Source: Octopus sinensis (Eukaryota). Taken from it: a stretch of DNA of 12,058 nt. Where the stretch lies: NCBI RefSeq assembly GCF_006345805.1, contig NW_021827706.1, forward strand, positions 1 to 12,058, in the 5' to 3' direction. A program made the translations under genes and the position numbers. The notes beneath the pieces are model-generated. The model had not been told where the DNA came from and ran no database searches. It was given only the letters and a program-made list of their open reading frames with translations. Shown in pieces: positions 1-9,443 of this stretch (the first letter of the stretch is position 1; each line of letters starts with the position of its first letter).

Positions 1-259
1 AATCATATTTTTTGTCACTTTTCATTTATCTTGCTCGCTTACATTTCTGGTGTTTGCTAAAGTTCCTTGAGAGCATTTCTTAGTGGTTAAGACCATAGCG
101 GATCTACTTCTGGCATAAGAGTTGTCCATATAGTGGTCATCACTCTCATATGTATGTAATACAATTTTCTGAACCTTCAGATTTTAATATGCTAGACCAC
201 TGGTTTTAAATTGATGTTAATCAAATAAATATCCAGTTTTTCACCCTCATTTTAAATTT

Positions 260-511
260 GTATATATATATATTACAGACATAAAAATATATACAGACAT
301 ATATATTGTCACTCGCACAAACACACATATTCATGTACATATATTTACACACACATACTCATGTATATGTGTATGTGTGTATATATGTGTGTGTGTGTAT
401 GTGTCTGTATGTAAGTGTGAATGTTCATATATAAACATATATACCTATGTAAATTACATACATATATATATACGTGTATAAGCATATATATATATACACA
501 CATATGCATGC

Positions 512-544
<33 letters not shown>

Positions 545-700
545 TGTATATGCACTTACGATTAAATATTCAAACTGTCGTATATATGGGTGTTTACAAA
601 TAAATGGAAGTTTATTTATTTGTATGTGTGTTAATGTGTGTCTGTACGCACACGCACACACACACATGCACACATACACACACACACACACTCACACACA
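260..700. repeat. Compound microsatellite (TA)n/(CA)n/(TG)n/(TATG)n
   Basis: Directly visible di- and tetranucleotide arrays; they explain ORFs 421..603, 425..691 and much of 474..830. Confidence 0.9.
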
Positions 701-819
701 CAAACAAACAAACTGCGTCTTGTGGTGTATTGAATTGGGTGTGCCAGTAAACTCCGTTATACGATCTTTCTTCAGTTTCTCTGAAGCAAGTATTTTCCAA
801 ATGTTTCTTAGTCAGCGCC

Positions 820-975
820 CAGTTTCATGACAAACTGAATCTACTTGCACCAACTCCACCCCTCCTCACATCTTCCGTAGATATACATTCAAATTTGTGC
901 TTTTTCTATACAATCCCAACACCATAGGAATTAATTTCACAGCCGAAGGCTAGGAAACACAGCACGAGATTATTG
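820..975 (-). pseudogene. Possible degraded non-LTR retrotransposon RT-thumb fragment (R4/Dong-like)
   Basis: Minus-strand translation across shifted frames gives SRAV, INSYGVGIV* and YLRKM*GGVELVQVD. These resemble, in the right order, the INSRAV / YGAGII.W / RLYLPRKEGGRGL motifs of R4-type elements. Stops and frameshifts are present; recognition is from memory only. Confidence 0.3.
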
Positions 976-1318
976 TATGTAATTCTTTATTTTATCATGG
1001 GTCACCATTTCATAACTAATATAACTACGAGTAACGTTACTTATCCTGGGAGCATCCGCGCAGCCGCTAGAAACTTGAAAACATACCGTAATCCAGGCGC
1101 CTGTAGGTTTCAGGAAGGGGGCCATCAGGAGAGAAGGTGCTTCGTTTCGGGTCCTTCATCTCGACGGCTTTACAACGCACCAGTCTCCAGCCCCTCAGTG
1201 ATGCGACCCTATTGCCCATCGGATCGACACGCTAATATTTGATCTTAAGTCCATTTCGGAATCATCACCACATTCAAACCGTGAAGTCGTACAGGTCTGA
1301 CTTGCAATATAAGCAAAC

Positions 1319-1335
1319 ATGTACCTGCCTCACAA
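1319..1335 (+). repeat. 17-bp target-site duplication, left copy (right copy 1934-1950)
   Basis: Identical ATGTACCTGCCTCACAA on both sides of the SINE array. Confidence 0.93.
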
Positions 1336-1934
1336 GGCGGCGAGCTGGCAGAACCGTTAGCACGTCGGGCGAAATGCTTAGCGGTATTTCGGCTGCTGTT
1401 ACGTTGTGAGTTCAAATTCCGCCGAGGTCGACTTTGCCTTTCATCCTTTCGGGGTCGATAAATTAAGTACCAGTTACGCACTGGGGTCGATGTAATTGAC
1501 TTAATCCGTTTGTCTGTCCTTGTTTGTCCTCTCTGTGTTTAGCCCCTTGTGGGTAGTAAAGAAATAGGTATTTCGTCTGCCGTTACGTTCTGAGTTCAAA
1601 TTCCGCCGAGGTCGACTTTGCCTTTCATCCTTTCGGGGTCGATAAATTAAGTACCAGTTACGCACTGGGGTCGATGTAATTGACTTAATCCGTTTGTCTG
1701 TCCTTGTTTGTCCTCTCTGTGTTTAGCCCCTTGTGGGTAGTAAAGAAATAGGTATTTCGTCTGCCGTTACGTTCTGAGTTCAAATTCCGCCGAGGTCGAC
1801 TTTGCCTTTCATCCTTTCGGGGTCGATAAATTAAGTACCAGTTACGCACTGGGGTCGATGTAATCGACTTAATCCGTTTGTCTGTCCTTGTTTGTCCCCT
1901 CTGTATTTAGCCCCTTGTGGGTAGTAAAGAAATA
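1336..1934 (+). mobile_element. tRNA-derived SINE (family A) with one head and three tandem 184-bp bodies
   Basis: Head GGCGGCGAGCTGGCAGAACCGTTAGCAC (A-box-like) at 1336-1382, B-box-like GAGTTCAAATTCC, core GCCTTTCATCCTTTCGGGGTCGATAAATTAAGTACC. Units start GGTATTTCG at 1383, 1567 and 1751. Flanked by a perfect direct repeat ATGTACCTGCCTCACAA at 1319-1335 and 1934-1950. Confidence 0.92.
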
Positions 1935-1964
1935 TGTACCTGCCTCACAATCTACACACCACCT

Positions 1965-2036
1965 CTCCATGCAGGTTTCGTCATCCCATTTCAACCATAT
2001 CCAGTAGCTGGCCCTCTCAGCTGTTGCTTGCATTTC
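1965..2036 (-). pseudogene. C-terminal fragment of a HERO-like (restriction-like endonuclease clade) non-LTR retrotransposon ORF
   Basis: Minus-strand frame reads EMQATAERASYWIWLKWDDETCME, matching the AE(K/R)AS.W(L/I)W.KR terminal motif typical of HERO-clade ORFs. An in-frame stop lies immediately upstream, so this is a truncated relic. Confidence 0.6.
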
Positions 2037-2312
2037 TTACAAGATGGCGTTGGCTGGACAATGACTGACACCGATTGATAACTACCGCTGTCTTGGTCTT
2101 TAATCATACATTTACTCAGCCAGACACGATCTGTATCTTAACAACAACTACATTGATATCAGCCTTCCCATATACGTAGGGAAGGATTAAGATTAGTCGT
2201 CCTCTTAATATCACCATCCCCCTTGCGTCCTCTTAATAGCACTGGGGTAAGACATTACATTATTAAGTCTAGGATGAAGATGAGGCACAGGCCATAGAAC
2301 TTCACCATCTTT

Positions 2313-2340
2313 ATCATCATCATCATCATCCATCATCATC

Positions 2341-2389
<49 letters not shown>

Positions 2390-2420
2390 CCATCATTATC
2401 ATCCTCATCATCATCATCAT
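2313..2420. repeat. (CAT)n microsatellite
   Basis: Long imperfect CAT array; explains the poly-Met ORF 2211..2429. Confidence 0.95.
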
Positions 2421-2452
2421 TATCAACAACAGCTCCTGGACACTACTATCTA

Positions 2453-2688
2453 GGACTCATAGGGCCGGTTACCCGGTTTCAGTGGTGTATAAGCGACCGA
2501 GATTGCATTCCTCCTGCACATGACGCTAGTCCTTCGCAGCGTAACTCATTTACAACTGACTGAACTGAAACAGCGTAAAATGAAGTGTTTTGCCCAAGAA
2601 CACAACGCACCGGCGAAGTCAGAGAATCGAAACCACGATCTTGCTATCTTAAGTGCAACACCCTAGCCGCTAGGCTAAGTGCCTTCAC
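2453..2688 (-). mobile_element. Diverged tRNA-derived SINE (family B, CORE/V-domain-like)
   Basis: Reverse complement reads GTGAAGGCACTTAGCCTAGCGGCTAGGG (A box), GGTTTCGATTC (B box), CTTGGGCAAAACACTT (CORE-like), CTGCGAAGGACTAGCGTC...GAAACCGGG (V-domain-like). Confidence 0.7.
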
Positions 2689-3214
2689 TTGATCTAAAAT
2701 CCATTGTCGCCTAAAAAAGCTTTATATACACAGCTAGGGATACAGTCTTTCCTTCTATCTTTTGACACTCATCAACCCACCTCAGTTTTTCCACTGTCTT
2801 CCTTCGTGCTCATTCCTAAATGCTGCTCATCCACCGCCTTCGTAGTCGTTTTATTCCTCTTTTATCGGGGATTTCTCTGCGCATGCCTATATACACAAGA
2901 GGTAAGATGTCATTGTATCGTCTCGTGTGACCAAATCTCTTCATTTCCTGCCTTTTAACAACCGACAGAACAATTTCTTCCCTGACACTCGTCTGTTCGA
3001 TTCCCTGTATATAATTTGCGAATTATCAATTTATAACATATCGATCCAAAAATCACGTTCGTTTTCTCGTTTTCAACATCCAATGTTCAGCAAACTGTGT
3101 GACAAAATTTTTATTTATTTATATGTCTTTGGTCAGTAAGTGCTATTTCCTATTTGCTTCTTTCTAGAAATCAAGAGGAAATTATTGCTATTTCCTTCAA
3201 ACTTTGCTTTTGTG

Positions 3215-3468
3215 ACCGGGACATCAATGTTTTGAAACTGACCTGTTTTCCATTACATTTCAGACAGATTCAGCGCTGAGTTGCTGAAGCAGAAATATCG
3301 TTACAGCAAATATTTGTACAATACCACAGATTTGCTTGTCAGTTGTTTGACCTTAACCACTTGAGCATGTCCCTTAGTGGCTGACAATATGTGCATCTCT
3401 GATCATGAGCATCATGATGGGAGAGCATCCCAGCCATGTGTTGAGAGGGATTCTTTGGGGATTTGAAT
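3215..3468. repeat. Probable interspersed repeat fragment, class unknown
   Basis: GTCAGTTGTTTGACCTTAACC...GAGCATGTCCCTTAGTGGCTGAC...CCATGTGTTGAGAGG resembles a common octopus dispersed repeat as recalled. No second copy in this window. Confidence 0.4.
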
Positions 3469-3526
3469 ACATGTAACAAAAGTTAAGTTTGAATGAAGTA
3501 TTAGCCATTTTTCATACGTTCTAAGG

Positions 3527-3584
3527 GTAAGCAAATAGAAAATTACAGTTGCTACCCAAGGACAAAAATCATGTTATACAGTGT
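3527..3584 (+). repeat. 58-bp dispersed direct repeat, copy 1 (copy 2 at 11604-11661)
   Basis: Ungapped alignment, 51/58 identical, starting GTAAGCAAATAG. Confidence 0.8.
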
Positions 3585-3710
3585 AATTGGCACCCTTATA
3601 GTGGTGTAGTAATTATAATTTCTCTTATAAAAATAACATTTGTTGTTATTGTAATTGTTTTATTTTCCCAAACAGGATCTAATTGTCCTCAAGCCACTGT
3701 AGCTGCAGCA

Positions 3711-4072
3711 GTGGAGGCGCAATGGCCCAATGGTTAGGGCAGCGGATTCGCGGTCGGAGGATCGCGGTTTCGATTCCCAGACCGGGCGTTGTGTGTGTTT
3801 ATTGAGCGAAAACACCTAAGCTCCACGAGGCTCCGGCAGGGGGGGGGGTGACGAACCCTGTTGTACTCTTTCGCTACAACTTTCTCTCACTCTTTCTTCC
3901 TGTTTCTTGTCCTCCCCGACTTCCTACGCAACCGCTGAGCCTGGATGCGCATTCATCCATCCGTCGATGCTCTCGTGTCGGGGGTTGACCTGCTTTCTCT
4001 TCTGCGGGTCTTACGATAGCAAAGGACCAACGTTTCGACTTCTCCCACTGGACGAAGACGCTACGCTCAACA
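3711..4072 (+). mobile_element. tRNA-derived SINE (family C, OR-like), full length with 12-bp TSD
   Basis: Head GTGGAGGCGCAATGGCCCAATGGTTAGGGC (A box), GGTTTCGATTCCC (B box). TSD GTAGCTGCAGCA at 3699-3710 and GTAGCTTCAGCA at 4073-4084. Confidence 0.88.
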
Positions 4073-4475
4073 GTAGCTTCAGCAAACCAGCATTTTATTT
4101 CTTTCATTGATTTCAAACTTTTCTTTATATTTTCCTGAATACTGAAATTCATCAACTTGTTTGGGCATGTTGTTTCAAATGAATTCGTTACTTTATTTTT
4201 TGTTATTTTACTAATTACCGTTATTTTGATAATTTCCTGCACATTTCTATTCTATACTTTCTTGCGGTTGTTTCAAACCGTGTTTGTTACGACTGTTTTC
4301 TTAACTAAAATTAATTGGTTAATTTTCACTGTGATTTGAAGAAGGTTATTGAATTGGAGAATAAGATGGGAAAGCATTTCAAAGGAAATGTGTTCTGTGG
4401 AAGGAAGAATTCACAGAAGTGTTTAGGTCGCACAAACAAAAATTAAATCCACGGAAACTAGTAATAATATACTGA

Positions 4476-4683
4476 TTTCAATTTTGGCTCGAGGCCAGCA
4501 ATTTCAGGGGAGGAGTAAGTCGATTAAATCAACTCCAGTACAGAACTGGTACTTGTTTTATCGACTCCAAAAAGGTGAAAGGCAAATTCGACCTCAGTGG
4601 AATTTGAACTCAGAACATAGAGACGGACGAAATGCTGCTAAGTATTTTTCCCAGGTTGCGAACGATTTTACCGGTTTACCGCC
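4476..4683 (-). mobile_element. Diverged family A SINE with an alternative 3' tail
   Basis: Reverse complement carries the GGCGG head, GAGTTCAAATTCC B box and GCCTTTCA..GTCGATAAA..GTACCAG core seen at 1336-1934. Confidence 0.8.
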
Positions 4684-4730
4684 TTGAAGAAAAGGATAAA
4701 GCCTTTCTTGAGTCACATAGACCCGGTTTC

Positions 4731-4834
4731 CGGGTCTATAGTAGGAGACACTTGCCCAAGGTGCCACGCAGCGTGATTGAACCCAGAACTGGGTTGTTGG
4801 GAAGCAAGCTTCTTACCACAGCCACGCCTGCACC
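4731..4834 (-). mobile_element. 5' part of a tRNA-derived SINE (family D, OK-like)
   Basis: Reverse complement reads GGTGCAGGCGTGGCTGTGGTAAG (A box), GGGTTCAATC (B box), CCTTGGGCAAGTGTC (CORE-like); 3'-truncated. Confidence 0.75.
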
Positions 4835-4963
4835 TATATATATACACACATACATATATAGATAAATAGAGAGACAGAAAGACAGATAGATAGACAGATA
4901 CAGATGTACATATATCGTGTGATATATGTGTTTTAAGCATGCAATATATATATAAAATAATAT

Positions 4964-5010
<47 letters not shown>

Positions 5011-5150
5011 GCACGTGTGTGTTTATATATATTACATATAATACATAGCACATAATACATATATTACATATATATATGTGTGTGTGTGTGTGTGTATTTA
5101 TATTTATATATTACATATGTATATTACATGTAATGCACCACACACACACA
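4835..5150. repeat. Compound (TA)n/(GATA)n/(TG)n/(CA)n microsatellite
   Basis: Directly visible. Confidence 0.85.
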
Positions 5151-5757
5151 AGGGTTTGTGTTTATGTGTATGTATATGTAAGATACATGTAATGTAGTTA
5201 GACCACAGTTTTTTTTTTTTTTGTGACTCATACGCCGTACAACGTAAACAGACATAAACATAATTCTGTTATGCTCTTCGTTCTGCATCAGATTTATCCA
5301 TTCTAACTACATTAAATTCATCTTCGCTTGTCTTATGTACGCTTGTCTTTCTGTTCCGCATAAAATGTTTATAGAATAATGGCTCACACAGTACTGAAGA
5401 AAGAGGAAGGAAGAGAAAAACAGATAGGGACAGAATGACAAACGGATGAAGCGACGTATATGCCTGCAGTCCGACAGAGACTCAGAATTCACTTGTGTCA
5501 CATTGCTGACTATAATGTCAGTGCATTTCCTCCGGGACCTTCCTTTCCCTTCGGTAAAACTTTAGGGTAAAGAATAAAGTATTTATTTTTGCCATCTGCC
5601 AGTTAGAATATTCTAAGCAGATAAAACAAGCAGAGAAATTGCAGATCTCGAACCATCCACGCCGGTGTGTTTGACTAACCTACGTGCAATCAGTTTGATC
5701 GATCTGGACTTATCTCGGGTGATTATTGCAAACATCACAACAACAACAACAACAACC

Positions 5758-6118
5758 GTGGAGGCGCAATGGCCCAGTGGTTAGGGCAGCGGACTCGCGG
5801 TCGTAAGAACGCGGTTTCGATTCCCAGACCGGGTATTGTGAGGTTTATCGAGCAACACATAAGCTCCACGAGGCTCCGGCAGGGGGTGGGGGTGACGAAC
5901 CCTGTTGTACTCTTTCGCTACAACTTTCTCTCACTCTGTCTTCCTGTTTCTTGTCTCCGACTTCCTACGCAACCGCTGAGCCTGGATGCGCATTCATCCA
6001 TCCGTCGATGCTCTCGGTGTCGGGGGTTGACCTGCTTTCTCTTCTGCGAGTCTTACGAATAGCAAAGGACCACGTTTCGGACTTCTCCCACTCTGGGACG
6101 AAGACGCTACGCTCAACA
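5758..6118 (+). mobile_element. Chimeric family C SINE at the duplication junction
   Basis: 5' flank and head match the copy at 8045; body, tail and 3' TSD (GTAGCTGCAGCA, 6119-6130) match the copy at 3711. Confidence 0.88.
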
Positions 6119-6520
6119 GTAGCTGCAGCAAACCAGCATTTTATTTCTTTCATTGATTTCAAACTTTTCTTTATATTTTCCTGAATTCTGAAATTCATCA
6201 ACTTGTTTGGGCATGTTGTTTCAAATGAATTCGTTACTTTATTTTTTGATTTTTACTAATTACCATTATTTTGACAGTTACCTGTACATTTCTTTTCTAT
6301 ACTTTCTTGCGGTTGTTTCAAACCGTGTTTGTTACGACTGTTTTCTTAACTAAAATTAATTGGTTAATTTTCACTGTGATTTGAAGAAGGTTATTGAATT
6401 GGAGAATAAGATGGGAAAGCATTTCAAAGGAAATGTGTTCTGTGGAAGGAAGAATTCACAGAAGTGTTTAGGTCGCACAAACAAAAATTAAATCCACGGA
6501 AACAAGTAATAATATACTGA

Positions 6521-6727
6521 TTTCAATTTTGGCTCGAGGCCAGCAATTTCAGTGGAGGAATAAGTCGATTAAATGAACCCATTTCAGAACTGGTACTTAT
6601 TTTATCGACTCCAAAAAGGTGAAAGGCAAATTCGATCTGAGTGGAATTTGAACTCAGAACGTAGAGACGGAAGAAATGCTGCTAAGTATTTTTCCCATTG
6701 TGCTAACGATTTTACCGGTTTACCGCC
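6521..6727 (-). mobile_element. Diverged family A SINE (duplicate of 4476-4683)
   Basis: Same motifs at the paralogous position. Confidence 0.8.
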
Positions 6728-6790
6728 TTGAAGAAAAGGATAAAGTCCTTCTTGAGTCTCATAGACTCATAGAACCGGTTCCTCGGTTTC

Positions 6791-6894
6791 CGGGTCTATA
6801 GTAGGAGACACTTACCCAAGGTGCCACGCTGCGCGATTGAACCCAGAACCGTGTTGTTGGGAAGCAAGCTTCTTACCACAGCCCCGCCTGCACC
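6791..6894 (-). mobile_element. 5' part of family D SINE (duplicate of 4731-4834)
   Basis: Same motifs at the paralogous position. Confidence 0.75.
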
Positions 6895-7452
<558 letters not shown>

Positions 7453-8044
7453 AAGAGTTCGTGTTTATGTGTATGTATATGTAAGATACATGTAATGTAG
7501 TTAGACCACAGTTTTTTTTGTGACTCATACGCCGTGCAACGTAAACAGACATAAACATAATTCTGTTATGCTCTTCGTTCTACATCAGATTTACCCATTC
7601 TAACTACATTAAAATTTATCTTTGATTGTCTTATCTACGCTTTCTGTTCCGCATAAAATGTTTATAGAATAATGGCTCACACAGTACTGAAGAAAGAGAA
7701 AGGAAGAGAAAAACAGATAGGGACAGAATGACAAACGGATGAAGCGACGTATATGCCTGCAGTCCGACAGAGATTCAGAATTCACTTGTGTCACATTGCT
7801 GACTATAATGTCAGTGCATTCCTTCCAGGACCTTCCTTCCCCTTCAGTAAAACTTTAGGGTAAAGAATAAAGTATTTATTTTTGCCATCTGCCAGTTAGA
7901 ATATTCTAAGCAGATAAAACAAGCAGAGAAATTGCAGATTTCGAACCATCGACGCCGGTGTGTTTGACAAACCTACGTGCAATGAGTTTGATCGACCTGG
8001 ACTTATCTCGGGCAACATCATCATCAACAACAACAACAACAACC

Positions 8045-8235
8045 GTGGAGGCGCAATGGCCCAGTGGTTAGGGCAGCGGACTCGCGGTCGTAAGAACGCG
8101 GTTTCGATTCCCAGACCGGGTATTGTGAGTGTTTATCGAGCAAAAACACATAAGCTCCACGAGGCTCCGGCGGAGGGTGGAGTGGTGCACCCCGCTGTAC
8201 TCTTTCACCACAACTTTCTCTCACTCTTTCTTCCT
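8045..8235 (+). mobile_element. Family C SINE, 3'-truncated
   Basis: Same head with A and B boxes, following an (AAC)n tract; similarity to the other copies ends after CTCTTTCTTCCT. Confidence 0.85.
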
Positions 8236-8525
8236 ACTTCTGCCACAAAGCAGAGGAACCATGGTGTAACCCACTATGGTATGGTAAACTTTCAGACCCC
8301 AGTCTAGATTGCGAATCCTCTGTACCCCATTATGGTTCAGCTCTCCATCCGTTAAAAGCCACCGTTTACGAAATAAGGATAACAACGTAGCTTTCGCGCC
8401 CGTGCAACCGCCAGTCTATCGCGTGTGGTGGGTAGATCTTCAAGTTGCCATGCGCATTCTTAGTGGTTTAGAGTAGACTCGAATTAGAGATTATTCTTTG
8501 TGGCTAATGGCGTGAGTTCTGATTG

Positions 8526-8633
8526 GAAGAAGAAGAAGAAGAAGAAGAAGAAGAGAAGAATAAGAAGAAGAAGAAGGAAGAAGAAGAAGAAGAAGAAAAC
8601 GACGAAGACGACGACGACGACAACAACAACAAC
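8526..8633. repeat. Compound trinucleotide microsatellite (GAA)n-(GAC)n-(AAC)n
   Basis: Directly visible. Confidence 0.92.
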
Positions 8634-8684
8634 CATACGCTGATATTATAGTAGAGTCCCAGACTGGAGCAATGTATTCTAATA

Positions 8685-8741
8685 GTTCTTTCTAATTTTG
8701 GCACAAAGCCAGAAATTTTAAGGCGAACAGGGTAAGCCGAT

Positions 8742-8745
<4 letters not shown>
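8685..8745 (-). mobile_element. 3' tail fragment of a family A SINE
   Basis: TTTTGGCACAAAGCCAGAAATTT...GTAAGCCGATTACAT aligns with 4482-4530; cut off by (TA)n. Confidence 0.55.
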
Positions 8746-8778
<33 letters not shown>

Positions 8779-8785
8779 TTCGATT

Positions 8786-8965
8786 TATTTCAGTCGTTTG
8801 ACTGCGGCCATGCTGGGGCATCGCCTTTCAGTCGAAGAAATCGACCCCAGGACTTATTCTTTGTAAGCCTGGTACTTATCCTAACGGCCTCTTTTACCGA
8901 ACTGCTAAGTTACGGGGACGTAAACACACCAACATTGTTTCTCAAGTGATGGTGGGGAGACAAAC
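8786..8965 (-). mobile_element. 3' part of a family D (OK-like) SINE
   Basis: TTTCAGTCGTTTGACTGCGGCCATGCTGG...ATCGACCCCAG...GGTACTTA...CTAAGTTACGGGGACGTAAACACACC. Shares the TCGACCCCAG and GGTACTTA motifs with family A; assignment to family D is from recalled consensus. Confidence 0.7.
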
Positions 8966-8979
8966 GCAATTTACAAAGA

Positions 8980-9034
8980 TACACACATAAATATATACAT
9001 ATACATATATATATATATATATTATCTATATATA

Positions 9035-9087
<53 letters not shown>

Positions 9088-9089
9088 TG

Positions 9090-9122
<33 letters not shown>

Positions 9123-9143
9123 TGTGTGTGTGGTGTGTGTATA
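8980..9143. repeat. (TA)n/(TG)n microsatellite
   Basis: Directly visible. Confidence 0.9.
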
Positions 9144-9391
9144 TACATTATTTACATTTGACGGATATTTGTGCTCATCTTGTTTGTTAACACAACGTTT
9201 CGGCTGGTATACCCTCCAGCCTTCATCAGGTGTCTTAGGGAAATTTCGAACCTGGTTTCTCATTCCTAAAGTATTTTTCGATGTTATATTATTGTTGTTG
9301 TTGTTGTTGTTGTTGTTAAGGCCACTTCTTGGAATCGAACTCGGAATCTTGGGGTTAGTAGCCCGCGCTCTTAACCACTAAGCCATATGCC
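9144..9391 (-). mobile_element. tRNA-headed short element carrying a hammerhead ribozyme (candidate SINE/retrozyme)
   Basis: A box TGGCTTAGTGG (9385-9375), B box GTTCGATTCC (9340-9331), (AAC)n spacer (9317-9292), then a hammerhead at 9234-9189. Confidence 0.75.
9189..9234 (-). ncRNA. Minimal type I hammerhead ribozyme
   Basis: 5'-GACAC CUGAUGA A GGCUGG agggUaUa CCAGCC GAAA CG UU^ GUGUU-3'. Both conserved core boxes present, perfect 6-bp stem II, 5-bp stem I (one G-U), loopless palindromic stem III (AACGUU), GUU cleavage triplet. Confidence 0.82.
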
Positions 9392-9394
9392 ACA

Positions 9395-9431
9395 CGGGTT
9401 CCTCACAGTTTCCGTCTACCAAATCCACTCA
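9395..9431 (-). mobile_element. Internal fragment of a family D SINE
   Basis: Reverse complement TGAGTGGATTTGGTAGACGGAAACTG..AACCCG matches the recalled segment that precedes this family's internal microsatellite. Confidence 0.55.
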
Positions 9432-9443
9432 TATATATATATA

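Larger units (their letters stand above)
3818..5860 (+). repeat. Tandem segmental duplication, unit 1 (~2043 bp)
   Basis: Colinear and highly similar to 5861-8151, including unique sequence, nested SINEs and microsatellites. Confidence 0.93.

Noticed and set aside
37-180. Possible minus-strand exon ending at GTAAGC
   Set aside because: Open frame of about 50 codons with no recognisable protein and a weak acceptor.
1198-1231. Plus-strand GTGATGC-GACCC...GGATC-GACACG hammerhead-like pattern
   Set aside because: Three core positions deviate, stem II is mismatched and there is no stem I.
1383-1934. CRISPR-like or regularly spaced array
   Set aside because: Units are contiguous SINE bodies with no unique spacers; eukaryotic context and no cas genes.
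4028-4073. Minus-strand CTGTTGA...GAAACGT hammerhead-like words in the family C SINE tail (also ~6071-6119)
   Set aside because: Stem II does not close next to the core boxes, there is no stem I, and the first C comes from the TSD.
5370-5520. Purine-rich exon-like stretch in the duplicated unit
   Set aside because: The two plausible plus-strand frames stop within about 25 codons and no product is recognisable.
3874-6201. ORFs 3874..4242, 3907..4110, 5769..6062, 5951..6184 and 5965..6201
   Set aside because: They overlap SINEs, and the frames are not preserved between duplicates because of indels.
8453-8468. GCATTCTTAGTGGTT similar to 73-88
   Set aside because: Too short and gapped; chance or a decayed A-box-like motif.
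9320-9391. Functional tRNA gene (also the heads at 3711, 5758 and 8045)
   Set aside because: Acceptor, anticodon and T stems do not pair properly and no T-run terminator follows; these are SINE heads.
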